Source: a virus (lineage: Duplodnaviria; Caudoviricetes). From it: DNA of 37,413 nucleotides. The DNA lies in the IMG/VR virus record IMGVR_UViG_3300038679_000031, positions 1 to 37,413 of that record; one strand, written 5' to 3'. The notes beneath the pieces are model-generated. The model searched no databases, was not told the DNA's origin, and was given only the letters and a program-made list of their open reading frames with translations. The stretch's first letter is position 1. The number at the start of each line of letters is the position of its first letter. Shown one piece after another: positions 28,414 to 35,830 of the stretch. A program made the position numbers and the translations under genes.

Positions 28414-29448
28414 TTAAAACAGTCCTGTTTTCAGACAATGCGGGCTGATTATCAATCGCTCTCGATGTCGATTCTTGCTGCCTGCCGACTCTTTGCCGCC
28501 GAGATTCCCGTATCCTCCGTTTGCTTTCCATTCATGGATACGCCATCCCGCGTCGATCAAGGTTTGATACTCGTCGTCGTACCCGGCAACTACAATCCGA
28601 TAGTCTGGGTTCTTGCCGCGTTCCAGACACCATGCCTCTACGTCTTTGCCGACGGTCATGGAATCATGATGGTAGATGGATTCGTCGCGGCCGCTTGTCG
28701 CATACGGCGGGTCGAAAAAGAATCCTACCGGCGGTTTACGGGCCTGCCAATTCCCGCCGCAGATTCGCGTCCAGTCGCCACAGACGACCTTGACATTCCG
28801 AAGCCGGGCGGACAAGGCCCGTAACCATCCGTACACGCCGTTTTCCTGCGTCGAAAACACGCCCTTATCGTTGGCCAGATGCGGTATCTTGGTCGTCGAA
28901 AACACGCCCTTATCGTTGGCCAGATGCGGTATCTTGGTCGTCGAAAACACGCCCTTATCGTTGGCCAGATGCGGTATCTTGGTCGTCGAAAACACGCCCT
29001 TATCGTTGGCCAGATGCGGTATCTGGGTTGGGCGCGTCAGCCCGGAACCGATCCAGCAGGAGGCACACCAGATCCAGTATCCGGCTTGTTTCGGATCGTG
29101 CCATTCCGGATCATTGCACAGATTCTCCAGCAAACGTGATTCGTTTTGAAGCAACGACTTCTTGCGGGCCATGAGATCGGCATGATTGATCGGCCAGTCG
29201 CACCACTTCGCCGTCTCGTCTGGACTGAATTGAATCGAACGCCATACGTTGGAGATAAACCCGTCCTTGTCGCAGACGATTTCGTATATCTTATCTTGAT
29301 TTGTCGGCGGACGTTTCAGCAATACCGCGCCGGAGCCAAAAAACGGCTCCATGTACTGTTTCACATCGCCGAGATAAGACCAAACGATATCCGCAACCAT
29401 TGATTTACCTCCGAAGTAGGGGAACGGGGCTTTTAGACCCCGTTCCAT
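28414..29448 (-). CDS. D12-class DNA adenine methyltransferase (Dam-like)
   Basis: PFPYFGGKS, EPFFGSGAV, FFDPPY; AGGAGG RBS before ATG 29448. Confidence 0.92.
   Translation of the reverse strand: MERGLKAPFPYFGGKSMVADIVWSYLGDVKQYMEPFFGSGAVLLKRPPTNQDKIYEIVCDKDGFISNVWRSIQFSPDETAKWCDWPINHADLMARKKSLLQNESRLLENLCNDPEWHDPKQAGYWIWCASCWIGSGLTRPTQIPHLANDKGVFSTTKIPHLANDKGVFSTTKIPHLANDKGVFSTTKIPHLANDKGVFSTQENGVYGWLRALSARLRNVKVVCGDWTRICGGNWQARKPPVGFFFDPPYATSGRDESIYHHDSMTVGKDVEAWCLERGKNPDYRIVVAGYDDEYQTLIDAGWRIHEWKANGGYGNLGGKESAGSKNRHRERLIISPHCLKTGLF
28849..29024. repeat. 45-bp perfect tandem repeat, about 3.9 copies, inside the Dam-like gene
   Basis: Unit cgtcgaaaacacgcccttatcgttggccagatgcggtatcttggt; encodes IPHLANDKGVFSTTK. 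Confidence 0.95.
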
Positions 29449-29480
29449 ATACCTCCTGTTTTGTAAGGACATTGATTCAA

Positions 29481-29804
29481 TCATATTTTCCCCGCTTCTT
29501 TTAGCATTGCGATTCGGTTTTCGTGCATCTTCATTCGTTCCTCGTGTCCGGAAAAACAGTGCGAAAACGATTCGCTGTGGACAATTTTAACGCCGGGAAT
29601 TGCCAGCGGATGAGTCGGCTCTGTGTCCAATTTGCGAACCTTCTTTCTGGTTTTCCACTGCTTGAAATATTTGCTATGGCACGACTTGCATTTCCACTGG
29701 AACCCGCCATGCCGCTTCGAGAAATACCGTTCGGTCAGCGGGTGCTCCTTTTCGCATTGCCGACACCATCGGCGTCCCGGCTTGTTCTTGGTACGCTTGC
29801 TCAT
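29481..29804 (-). CDS. zinc-finger hypothetical protein
   Basis: CRQC..HPLT..YF...CKSC. Confidence 0.65.
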   Translation of the reverse strand: MSKRTKNKPGRRWCRQCEKEHPLTERYFSKRHGGFQWKCKSCHSKYFKQWKTRKKVRKLDTEPTHPLAIPGVKIVHSESFSHCFSGHEERMKMHENRIAMLKEAGKI

Positions 29805-30166
29805 CCCATGTCCGTCCAGTTAATCACGACACCCACAAAGACTTGGGGACCATATTGTTTGCGAAAGAAATCATAGAAATCCCTCTGAGCATCGAAACCA
29901 TCATCTTGGATGAATTGCAGTAAGCGGCCACCAAAGAGATATTTACCGCTTAACATTATCGAGTTGGTTCGTATTTCGACACGATAAATACCGCTGCACT
30001 CCACCTCTTTGATTCTTCGATAGTGCTTGGTACGCAGGCCGGTACAAAGAATCAGCGTATCCCCAGGTATAATCGGACGTTTCCGTTCCTTGCGGATAGT
30101 CTGGCACTTGATTCCCGATTCGATCAATGGGATGAATTGAGGTTTGAAACTGATTAAGTGTTTCAC
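29801..30166 (-). CDS. ASCH/PUA-like domain protein
   Basis: ISFKPQFIPLIESGIKCQTIR, PGDTL.L.TGLRT, DGF..DFF, VINW. Confidence 0.85.
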   Translation of the reverse strand: MKHLISFKPQFIPLIESGIKCQTIRKERKRPIIPGDTLILCTGLRTKHYRRIKEVECSGIYRVEIRTNSIMLSGKYLFGGRLLQFIQDDGFDAQRDFYDFFRKQYGPQVFVGVVINWTDMG

Positions 30167-30200
30167 TTTCCTTGCTCCAATTTGTGGCCGCCCTCATATT

Positions 30201-30473
30201 TCAGCAGTGTCCAAAACACTGGTCGTTTTGCTTTCCCGGTTTGAAATCCCTGCATAATTGCGGTCGATTATCGTAAATGCTGCACTTGTTATTTTTCAGG
30301 TAGATACATTTATGAGGCGGCCTTGGATCATTCATACGATAATGAGTTATTTTCCCTTTCCAAAACAAGGGCTTTGATATTTTTTCGACAATCCTTGACA
30401 ACTTTGGGTCGTCGGCAGAGACTTCGAGGATCAACTTTGCACAACATTGACCGCATTGCTTACACCGGCTCAC
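30201..30473 (-). CDS. YkgJ-family cysteine cluster protein
   Basis: CKQCGQCC...CIYL..NKCSIYDNRPQLCRDF. Confidence 0.88.
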   Translation of the reverse strand: MSRCKQCGQCCAKLILEVSADDPKLSRIVEKISKPLFWKGKITHYRMNDPRPPHKCIYLKNNKCSIYDNRPQLCRDFKPGKQNDQCFGHC

Positions 30474-30619
30474 GGTATCACCTCTGGTTTCCAGGATGCC
30501 GCCGCGGGAAGTTCACGAACAAACCTCATTAACTTCCCAAGTGCTAATTCCTTCGTTTTCACCATACTGTCACCCATGAGTTTATTGATTTCCGCCAGTA
30601 TCTTTTCCCGGTCAGTCAC
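30470..30619 (-). CDS. small hypothetical protein (49 aa)
   Basis: Hand-translated MTDREKILAEINKLMGD...EVIP*; AGGAG RBS; GTGA coupling to YkgJ gene. Confidence 0.5.
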   Translation of the reverse strand: MTDREKILAEINKLMGDSMVKTKELALGKLMRFVRELPAAASWKPEVIP

Positions 30620-31343
30620 TGGGCTTCTCCTGTATCCTGATATCTTCCGGCCACTCAGCGGGATTGCGGGATACCTTGCCGTCGATGTTTACCTGCTTGA
30701 CAAACAGGGGGATATGGTATTCCTTGCACTGACTGACGATGGATCGAATCCACTCGATATTGCATGGCCGCCGCTTCGGGCCGGATTCGCATCCGACAAC
30801 TACCCAGTTGACGCCAGAAGTGCCAATCTTCTGGACTTGTCCTAATAATGGCTCAAACGAAACCCATGTCTTAACATTCAGCGGCATCGTTCCTATGTTT
30901 GGTGTACCATAATGAAACCAGCTTTCCTGATCCCATACGCTTACCCCCAGCCATACGTTCTGCGGGATCGGCCCCAGTTCTCTCCAGCGTTGCGGGCGTT
31001 TGGTCAGCGTGTAGAAGCGATGCTGGGGGTACTGTCGCATTTTGTCGAGGATTGCGGCGATATGGTCGGTCGATAGCGACCCGTGCAGCCAGTCGCCGAG
31101 GGATGACAAAAGGAAACGTTTCGGCTTTTTCGTCCGACACTTTTTGAAGGCGTCGAAATCGACAATGACTTGACCAGTCCATTCCCCATTGCTGGTCAGG
31201 GTTTCGTATTTATCCTTGCGGAGCTTGCGCCAGAGACCCTCTACGCAGCCCACCGCCCAGCAGTTCTCACATGCGATAGAGCACTTCGTGCAGCCGATCA
31301 CGCAGTTAATCGTGTCGTCAACGTACTCGATTTTCGTCGTCAT
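30612..31343 (-). CDS. DUF5131 (phage Gp37/Gp68) radical-SAM-like protein
   Basis: TKIEY, GCTKCSIACENCWA, LTKRP, NVWLGVSV, SFEPLLG, WVVVGCESG, FVKQ. Confidence 0.92.
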   Translation of the reverse strand: MTTKIEYVDDTINCVIGCTKCSIACENCWAVGCVEGLWRKLRKDKYETLTSNGEWTGQVIVDFDAFKKCRTKKPKRFLLSSLGDWLHGSLSTDHIAAILDKMRQYPQHRFYTLTKRPQRWRELGPIPQNVWLGVSVWDQESWFHYGTPNIGTMPLNVKTWVSFEPLLGQVQKIGTSGVNWVVVGCESGPKRRPCNIEWIRSIVSQCKEYHIPLFVKQVNIDGKVSRNPAEWPEDIRIQEKPSD

Positions 31344-32038
31344 CGTTTTTCCTTTCCGGAGTCGCCTTCTAAATTGCGTAGTCGCTTCCTGGTGTCGCGT
31401 ACCTTCCGGACAAGCAGATTGATTTTCTCCAGAAATATTCCGTCCATCGCTGTTCGGTACTGCGTTTCCGTTGGGATTTCTTGTAAATCGTCGTCTTCGT
31501 TCATGGGTTCCCTTTCTTTTGTTCCTGTCTCACGAACGCCGACGTACTGATCCCCGCCGACGCGCTGATACCCGACGACGTACTGACCCCTGCCGACGTG
31601 CTGATTCCCCTCGACGTGCTGACCCCCGCCGACGTACTGATCCCCGCCGACGCGCTGATCTCCGCCGACGTACTGATCCCTGCCGACGTGCTGATACTTG
31701 CCGACGTACTGATCTCCGCCGACGTACTGATCTCTGATGACGAACTGATTCCACTCGACGTGCTGATACCCGATGACGCGCTGATCCCCGCTGACGCGCT
31801 GAGTCCTGCCGACGTACTGATTTCCCAAAACGTGCTGATCCCCGCCGACGTGCTGATACCCCTCGACAATGATAGATTTGGTCGAATAGTGATTCCCGCC
31901 TACGGTCATTGACCCCAACACCCGCAGGTTGACTCGTATTTCGACGTTGCATTTAATGTCCAACTCCGGAATCTCGTACCACCCGTTTTTCGTAGCGGTC
32001 AGGCCCGGGTACTTTTCGTCGATGATTATTGTATCCAT
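31340..32038 (-). CDS. hexapeptide-repeat protein, array unit E (18 repeats, unique 54-aa C-terminal extension)
   Basis: Conserved MDTIIIDEKYPGLTA head, 18 VxxxQx, VGVRETGTKE, then MNEDDDLQE... Confidence 0.75.
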   Translation of the reverse strand: MDTIIIDEKYPGLTATKNGWYEIPELDIKCNVEIRVNLRVLGSMTVGGNHYSTKSIIVEGYQHVGGDQHVLGNQYVGRTQRVSGDQRVIGYQHVEWNQFVIRDQYVGGDQYVGKYQHVGRDQYVGGDQRVGGDQYVGGGQHVEGNQHVGRGQYVVGYQRVGGDQYVGVRETGTKEREPMNEDDDLQEIPTETQYRTAMDGIFLEKINLLVRKVRDTRKRLRNLEGDSGKEKR

Positions 32039-32063
32039 TTTCATCCTTTCAATTCGATCGCAA

Positions 32064-32465
32064 TTAGTCCTTGGGTATCTCTTGTTCTTTTGTTCCTGTC
32101 TCACGACCGCCGACATACTGATACCCGACGACGTGCTGATACCCGACGACGCGCTGCTTCCCGCCGACGTACTGATCCCTGCCGACGTGCTGATACTTGC
32201 CGACGTGCTGATTCCCCTCGACACGCTGATTCCCCTCGATGTGCTGATCCCCGACGACGTGCTGACCCCCATCGACACGCTGATCCCCGCCGACGCTGAT
32301 AGATTTTGTTGAATAGTGATTCCCGCCGACGATCATGGACCCCAACACCCGCAGGTTGACTCGTATTTCGACGTGGCATTTAATGTTCAACTCCGGAATT
32401 TCGTACCACTCGTTTTTCCTAGCGGTCAGGCCCGGATACTTTTCGTCGATAATTATTGCATCCAT
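32064..32465 (-). CDS. hexapeptide-repeat protein, array unit D (10 repeats, 133 aa)
   Basis: Same head and RETGTKEQEIPKD tail; GAAAGGA RBS. Confidence 0.75.
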   Translation of the reverse strand: MDAIIIDEKYPGLTARKNEWYEIPELNIKCHVEIRVNLRVLGSMIVGGNHYSTKSISVGGDQRVDGGQHVVGDQHIEGNQRVEGNQHVGKYQHVGRDQYVGGKQRVVGYQHVVGYQYVGGRETGTKEQEIPKD

Positions 32466-32490
32466 TTTCATCCTTTCAATTCGATCACAA

Positions 32491-32982
32491 TTAGTCCTTG
32501 GGTATCTCTTGTTCTTTTGTTTCTGTCTCACGAACGCCGACATACTGATACCCGACGACGCGCTGCTTCCCGACGACGCGCTGCTTCCCGCCGACGTACT
32601 GACCCCTGCCGACGTGCTGATTCCCCTCGACGTGCTGACCCCCGCCGACGTACTGATCCCCGCCGACGCGCTGATCTCCGCCGACGTACTGATCCCTGCC
32701 GACGTGCTGATACTTGCCGACGTACTGATCCCTGCCGACGTACTGCTTCCCGACGACGTGCTGATCCCTCTTGACGTGCTGATTCCCCTCGACACGCTGA
32801 TCCCCGCCGACGCTGATAGATTTGGTCGAATAGTGATTCCCGCCTACGGTCATGGACCCCAACACCCGCAGGTTGACTCGTATCTCGACGTTGCATTTAA
32901 TGTCCAACTCCGGAATCTCGTACCACCTGTTTTCCGTAGCGGTCAGGCCCGGGTACTTTTCGTCGATGATTATGGTTTCCAT
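32491..32982 (-). CDS. hexapeptide-repeat protein, array unit C (15 repeats, 163 aa)
   Basis: Same head and tail; GAAAGGT RBS. Confidence 0.75.
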   Translation of the reverse strand: METIIIDEKYPGLTATENRWYEIPELDIKCNVEIRVNLRVLGSMTVGGNHYSTKSISVGGDQRVEGNQHVKRDQHVVGKQYVGRDQYVGKYQHVGRDQYVGGDQRVGGDQYVGGGQHVEGNQHVGRGQYVGGKQRVVGKQRVVGYQYVGVRETETKEQEIPKD

Positions 32983-33009
32983 GCATTCAACCTTTCAATT
33001 CGATCGCAA

Positions 33010-33339
33010 TTAGTCCTTGGGTTTCTCTTGTTCTTTTGTTCCTGTCTCACGAACGCCGACATACTGATACTTGCCGACGTACTGATACCCGCCGACGTGC
33101 TGATACCCGACGACGCGCTGATCTCCCTCGACGTACTGATACCCGCCGACGTGCTGATTTCCGACGACGTTGATAGATTTGGTCGAATAGTGATAACCGC
33201 CGACGGTCATGGACCCCAACACCCGCAGGTTGACTCGTATCTCGACGTTGCATTTAATGTCCAACTCCGGAATCTCGTACCACCCGTTTTTCGTAGCGGT
33301 CAGGCCCGGGTACTTTTCGTCGATGATTATTGTATCCAT
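33010..33339 (-). CDS. hexapeptide-repeat protein, array unit B (6 repeats, 109 aa)
   Basis: Same head and tail; GAAAGGA RBS. Confidence 0.75.
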   Translation of the reverse strand: MDTIIIDEKYPGLTATKNGWYEIPELDIKCNVEIRVNLRVLGSMTVGGYHYSTKSINVVGNQHVGGYQYVEGDQRVVGYQHVGGYQYVGKYQYVGVRETGTKEQEKPKD

Positions 33340-33364
33340 TTTCATCCTTTCAATTCGATCGCAA

Positions 33365-33964
33365 TTAGTCCTTGGGTATCTCTTGTTCTTTTGTTCCTGT
33401 CTCACGACCGCCGACATGCTGCTTCCCGCCGACGTGCTGCTTCCCGCCGACGTACTGCTTCCCGCTGACGCGCTGATACTTGCCGACGTACTGATTTCCC
33501 TCGACGTACTGATCCCTGCCGACGTACTGCTTCCCGACGACGTGCTGATCCCCCTCGACGCGCTGATCCCCGCCGACGTACTGATTTCCCTCGACGTACT
33601 GATCTCTGCCGACGTACTGATACCCGACGACGTGCTGATCCCCCTCGACACGCTGATCCCCGCCGACGTGCTGATCTCCGCCGACGCGCTGATCTCCGCC
33701 GACGCGCTGATACCCGCCGACGCGCTGATACCCGACGACGTGCTGATACCCGACGACGCGCTGCTTCCCGCCGACGTACTGATCCCTGCCGACGCTGATA
33801 GATTTGGTCGAATAGTGATTCCCGCTTACGGTCATGGACTTCAGCACATGCAGGTTGACTCGTATCTCGACGTTGCCTTTAATGTCCAACTCCGGGATTT
33901 CGTACCACTCGTTATCCGCAGCGGTCAGGCCCGGGTACTTCTCGTCGATAATTATTGTATCCAT
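33365..33964 (-). CDS. hexapeptide-repeat protein, array unit A (21 repeats, 199 aa)
   Basis: Same head and tail; AAAAGGA RBS. Confidence 0.75.
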   Translation of the reverse strand: MDTIIIDEKYPGLTAADNEWYEIPELDIKGNVEIRVNLHVLKSMTVSGNHYSTKSISVGRDQYVGGKQRVVGYQHVVGYQRVGGYQRVGGDQRVGGDQHVGGDQRVEGDQHVVGYQYVGRDQYVEGNQYVGGDQRVEGDQHVVGKQYVGRDQYVEGNQYVGKYQRVSGKQYVGGKQHVGGKQHVGGRETGTKEQEIPKD

Positions 33965-33995
33965 TTTCATCCTTTTCTTATTTACGCTGTTCAAT

Positions 33996-34061
33996 TGGCG
34001 GGGCGGGCCGGATTGTGGGGAGTGTGATCCGGCTTTCCCTCACGGCTTTCGCCGCCATCGC
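33996..34061 (-). ncRNA. tRNA-shaped element 3 (degenerate 5' acceptor strand, ends GCCA)
   Basis: GGCGGCGAAAGCCGTGAGGG..GCCGGAT-cacactccccaca-ATCCGGC-CCGCCCC-GCCA; homologous to 34724..34798. Confidence 0.5.
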
Positions 34062-34065
34062 ACAG

Positions 34066-34171
34066 TCTGCGGGCCGGATTCCCCACCCGGCTCCCAAATC
34101 GCGACCTTCGGCAGTGATAGTTCGCGGTCCCCTGCTACGGGTTACTTACCAGTGCTGCCGCACTCCGCAGA
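34066..34171 (-). ncRNA. tRNA-shaped element 2
   Basis: 7-bp closing stem TCTGCGG/CCGCAGA, hairpin AGTGC-GGCA-GCACT, T-arm-like GCCGG-GTGGGGAAT-CCGGC. Confidence 0.5.
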
Positions 34172-34186
34172 TTTTTGGTGGGTTTG

Positions 34187-34396
34187 TTAGCCATCGCCAG
34201 AGCCATAGCCATAGCCAGAGCCAGAGCCATAGCCAGAACCATCGCCAGAGCCATAGCCATAGCCAGAGCCAGAGCCAGAGCCAGAGCCATAGCCAGAACC
34301 ATCGCCAGAGCCAGAATCAGAACCAGAGCCATAGCCATAGCCAGAACCATCGCCAGAGCCATAGCCAGAGCCATAGCCAGACATTATCTCGTCCAT
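34187..34396 (-). CDS. Gly-X (Tyr/Ser/Asp) low-complexity protein
   Basis: (GYGSGDG)n; follows DUF6948-like gene, a pairing common in phages; start may be 34384. Confidence 0.7.
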   Translation of the reverse strand: MDEIMSGYGSGYGSGDGSGYGYGSGSDSGSGDGSGYGSGSGSGSGYGYGSGDGSGYGSGSGYGYGSGDG

Positions 34397-34680
34397 ACGA
34401 TCACGCTCTCGATCGACTTTTTTGCGACGGGGGTAACGTCGAGAATTTCAATAGCTTGCAACAATTCGACACGATCCACTGCACAAGGGAATTTGCAATT
34501 TTCGGGTTTTGTTGTTCCCGTTGTAGCCAACTGAGATAGACTCGCCGCGCCATCCCAATAGAATATCCGCCTGGCTTGTCGCAAAACAACTTCCTGGCCT
34601 TTTCGAGACTCCAGAAATCCGGCGAATACTCCCGCCGAATAGGTTCTCACGATCTTGTAGGGTAGCTCGCTTTTTTTCAT
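34384..34680 (-). CDS. DUF6948-like protein
   Basis: IVRTYSAGVFAG.L, V.LRQARRIFYWDGAASLSQLA..G, AIEILDVT; GAAAGGT RBS. Confidence 0.82.
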   Translation of the reverse strand: MKKSELPYKIVRTYSAGVFAGFLESRKGQEVVLRQARRIFYWDGAASLSQLATTGTTKPENCKFPCAVDRVELLQAIEILDVTPVAKKSIESVIVWTR

Positions 34681-34723
34681 GGTTTACCTTTCTCAATATA
34701 ATTAATAGATTTAATCAATATTT

Positions 34724-34798
34724 TGGTGGGGCGGGCCGGAGGGGGTTATTAACCGGCCGCATCCGTCTTAGGGCCCTCACGGCTTTCGCCGCCGCCCC
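34724..34798 (-). ncRNA. tRNA-shaped element 1 (75 nt, ends ACCA, no anticodon arm)
   Basis: GGGGCGG / CGGC-GAAA-GCCG / 22-nt linker / GCCGG-13-nt loop-CCGGC / CCGCCCC-ACCA. Confidence 0.6.
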
Positions 34799-34804
34799 GT
34801 ATTT

Positions 34805-34999
34805 TCAAAGAGCTACCTTCTTTTTGCACATTGCGAGAATCTCCGCTTTCGTCTTCTTCGTCATAAAAGAAAACGAGGGGCGAAGATACACCTTTGTATA
34901 TCCCGCATTGTTTTCCACAATCAGGATAATGTCGAGCGGATCAAACGTAAATAATTCGCCGCCGACTTCTTCCATTGTTATCGACCTATTCAGCAACAT
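34805..34999 (-). CDS. hypothetical protein
   Basis: AAGGAG RBS. Confidence 0.6.
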   Translation of the reverse strand: MLLNRSITMEEVGGELFTFDPLDIILIVENNAGYTKVYLRPSFSFMTKKTKAEILAMCKKKVAL

Positions 35000-35014
35000 T
35001 GTTTTACTCCTTGA

Positions 35015-35347
35015 TTATATGCGATCCACTTCGTTGACAACCGCCTGAGCCAACGCTTGAATTACCAACGACAGCAGACCGAGAACGAAATTCCGCCTCG
35101 CGGCTTTACGGGCAATCACGGTGTTAGCGGCGATCTTCGTCAGCTTATTGGTCTTGTCGCGGGCCTCAATCCGCTGTTCCTTCGTCATCGTTTTGTAGGC
35201 GATTAGGTAGCCGATATCGTCGTGTTGATGCGCGACAAGATACGGTGCAAATTTTTCAAGTTCGGATACGGTGAGTTGGGTTTCGTCTTTTATCCATTGT
35301 TTCAGGATTTTCGCAATCTCTTCCGGCAGGTCTTTGAGCGTACTCAT
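35015..35347 (-). CDS. hypothetical helical protein with hydrophobic C-terminus
   Basis: ATGA-coupled; NFVLGLLSLVIQALA. Confidence 0.6.
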   Translation of the reverse strand: MSTLKDLPEEIAKILKQWIKDETQLTVSELEKFAPYLVAHQHDDIGYLIAYKTMTKEQRIEARDKTNKLTKIAANTVIARKAARRNFVLGLLSLVIQALAQAVVNEVDRI

Positions 35348-35619
35348 TGTGAGTTCTCCGATTTGTATAAATACAACGTATTGGGGTTAATATCATCTAT
35401 GCCCATTACCAAAGTACTACCAAAGTAATACTGGATCCATTTACGTCCGATCGTTATGAAAGGATAATCCTTGTCGATAATAATGGGCGTCGGTGGGATA
35501 CCATCCAGTTTTGGAATAAAATATACTAAAACATCTTTGAGTTCTTTCGCATCTTCAATCGTCAGATTGATATTGGTCTTGCCCACACGAATCACAATCT
35601 TTTTAATTTCCGTACTCAT
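35344..35619 (-). CDS. hypothetical protein
   Basis: ATGA-coupled both sides; LTIEDAKELKDVL. Confidence 0.6.
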   Translation of the reverse strand: MSTEIKKIVIRVGKTNINLTIEDAKELKDVLVYFIPKLDGIPPTPIIIDKDYPFITIGRKWIQYYFGSTLVMGIDDINPNTLYLYKSENSQ

Positions 35620-35819
35620 GGTTGCACCGCCCGCTGGATGTCCTGAAACATTTCAAGGTCTTGCTGTAGATACGTCTTGCACGGCTCTTCCGCTTCGGCG
35701 ATATCCACCGTCAACTCGAACACCCGTTTGTCTATCGCCTGCCGCATGTCAACGGGAAGGTTCGCTTCGCAGCCCGCTACCGCCAGCACCAATACGATTC
35801 CGATAATCCACTTTTTCAT
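35616..35819 (-). CDS. small lipoprotein
   Basis: MKKWIIGIVLVLAVAG-C lipobox. Confidence 0.7.
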   Translation of the reverse strand: MKKWIIGIVLVLAVAGCEANLPVDMRQAIDKRVFELTVDIAEAEEPCKTYLQQDLEMFQDIQRAVQP

Positions 35820-35830
35820 GTTCGCCCTTT

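Larger units (their letters stand above)
31510..33975. repeat. two-level repeat: five gene-length units each containing an 18-bp minisatellite
   Basis: About 170-bp conserved head and about 70-bp tail/spacer repeated; start-to-start periods 625, 357, 517, 427 bp. Confidence 0.95.

Noticed and set aside
28849-29024. Mini CRISPR array
   Set aside because: No spacers; it is a head-to-tail in-frame coding repeat.
32038-33651. GISTSA-frame extensions running in frame into the next unit, suggesting frameshift polyproteins
   Set aside because: Follows from the 25-nt spacer; not kept at the B-C junction (27 nt); no slippery site seen.
31510-33975. CRISPR array or DGR template/variable repeats
   Set aside because: Repeats are contiguous in-frame coding units with no unique spacers; no cas or reverse transcriptase gene in the window; variation is not adenine-restricted.
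31471-34027. Long plus-strand and alternate-frame ORFs (ADVLIP, GISTSA and RRR repeats)
   Set aside because: Shadow translations of a stop-poor 18-bp repeat; only the VxxxQx frame has an RBS, start and stop in each unit.
34135-34539. MALAMA, ARAIA and SHSQ repeat ORFs
   Set aside because: Alternate frames of the Gly-X gene microsatellite.
34724-34798. Canonical tRNA gene
   Set aside because: No anticodon stem-loop, no TTC in the T-loop and no D-loop GG; recorded as tRNA-like instead.
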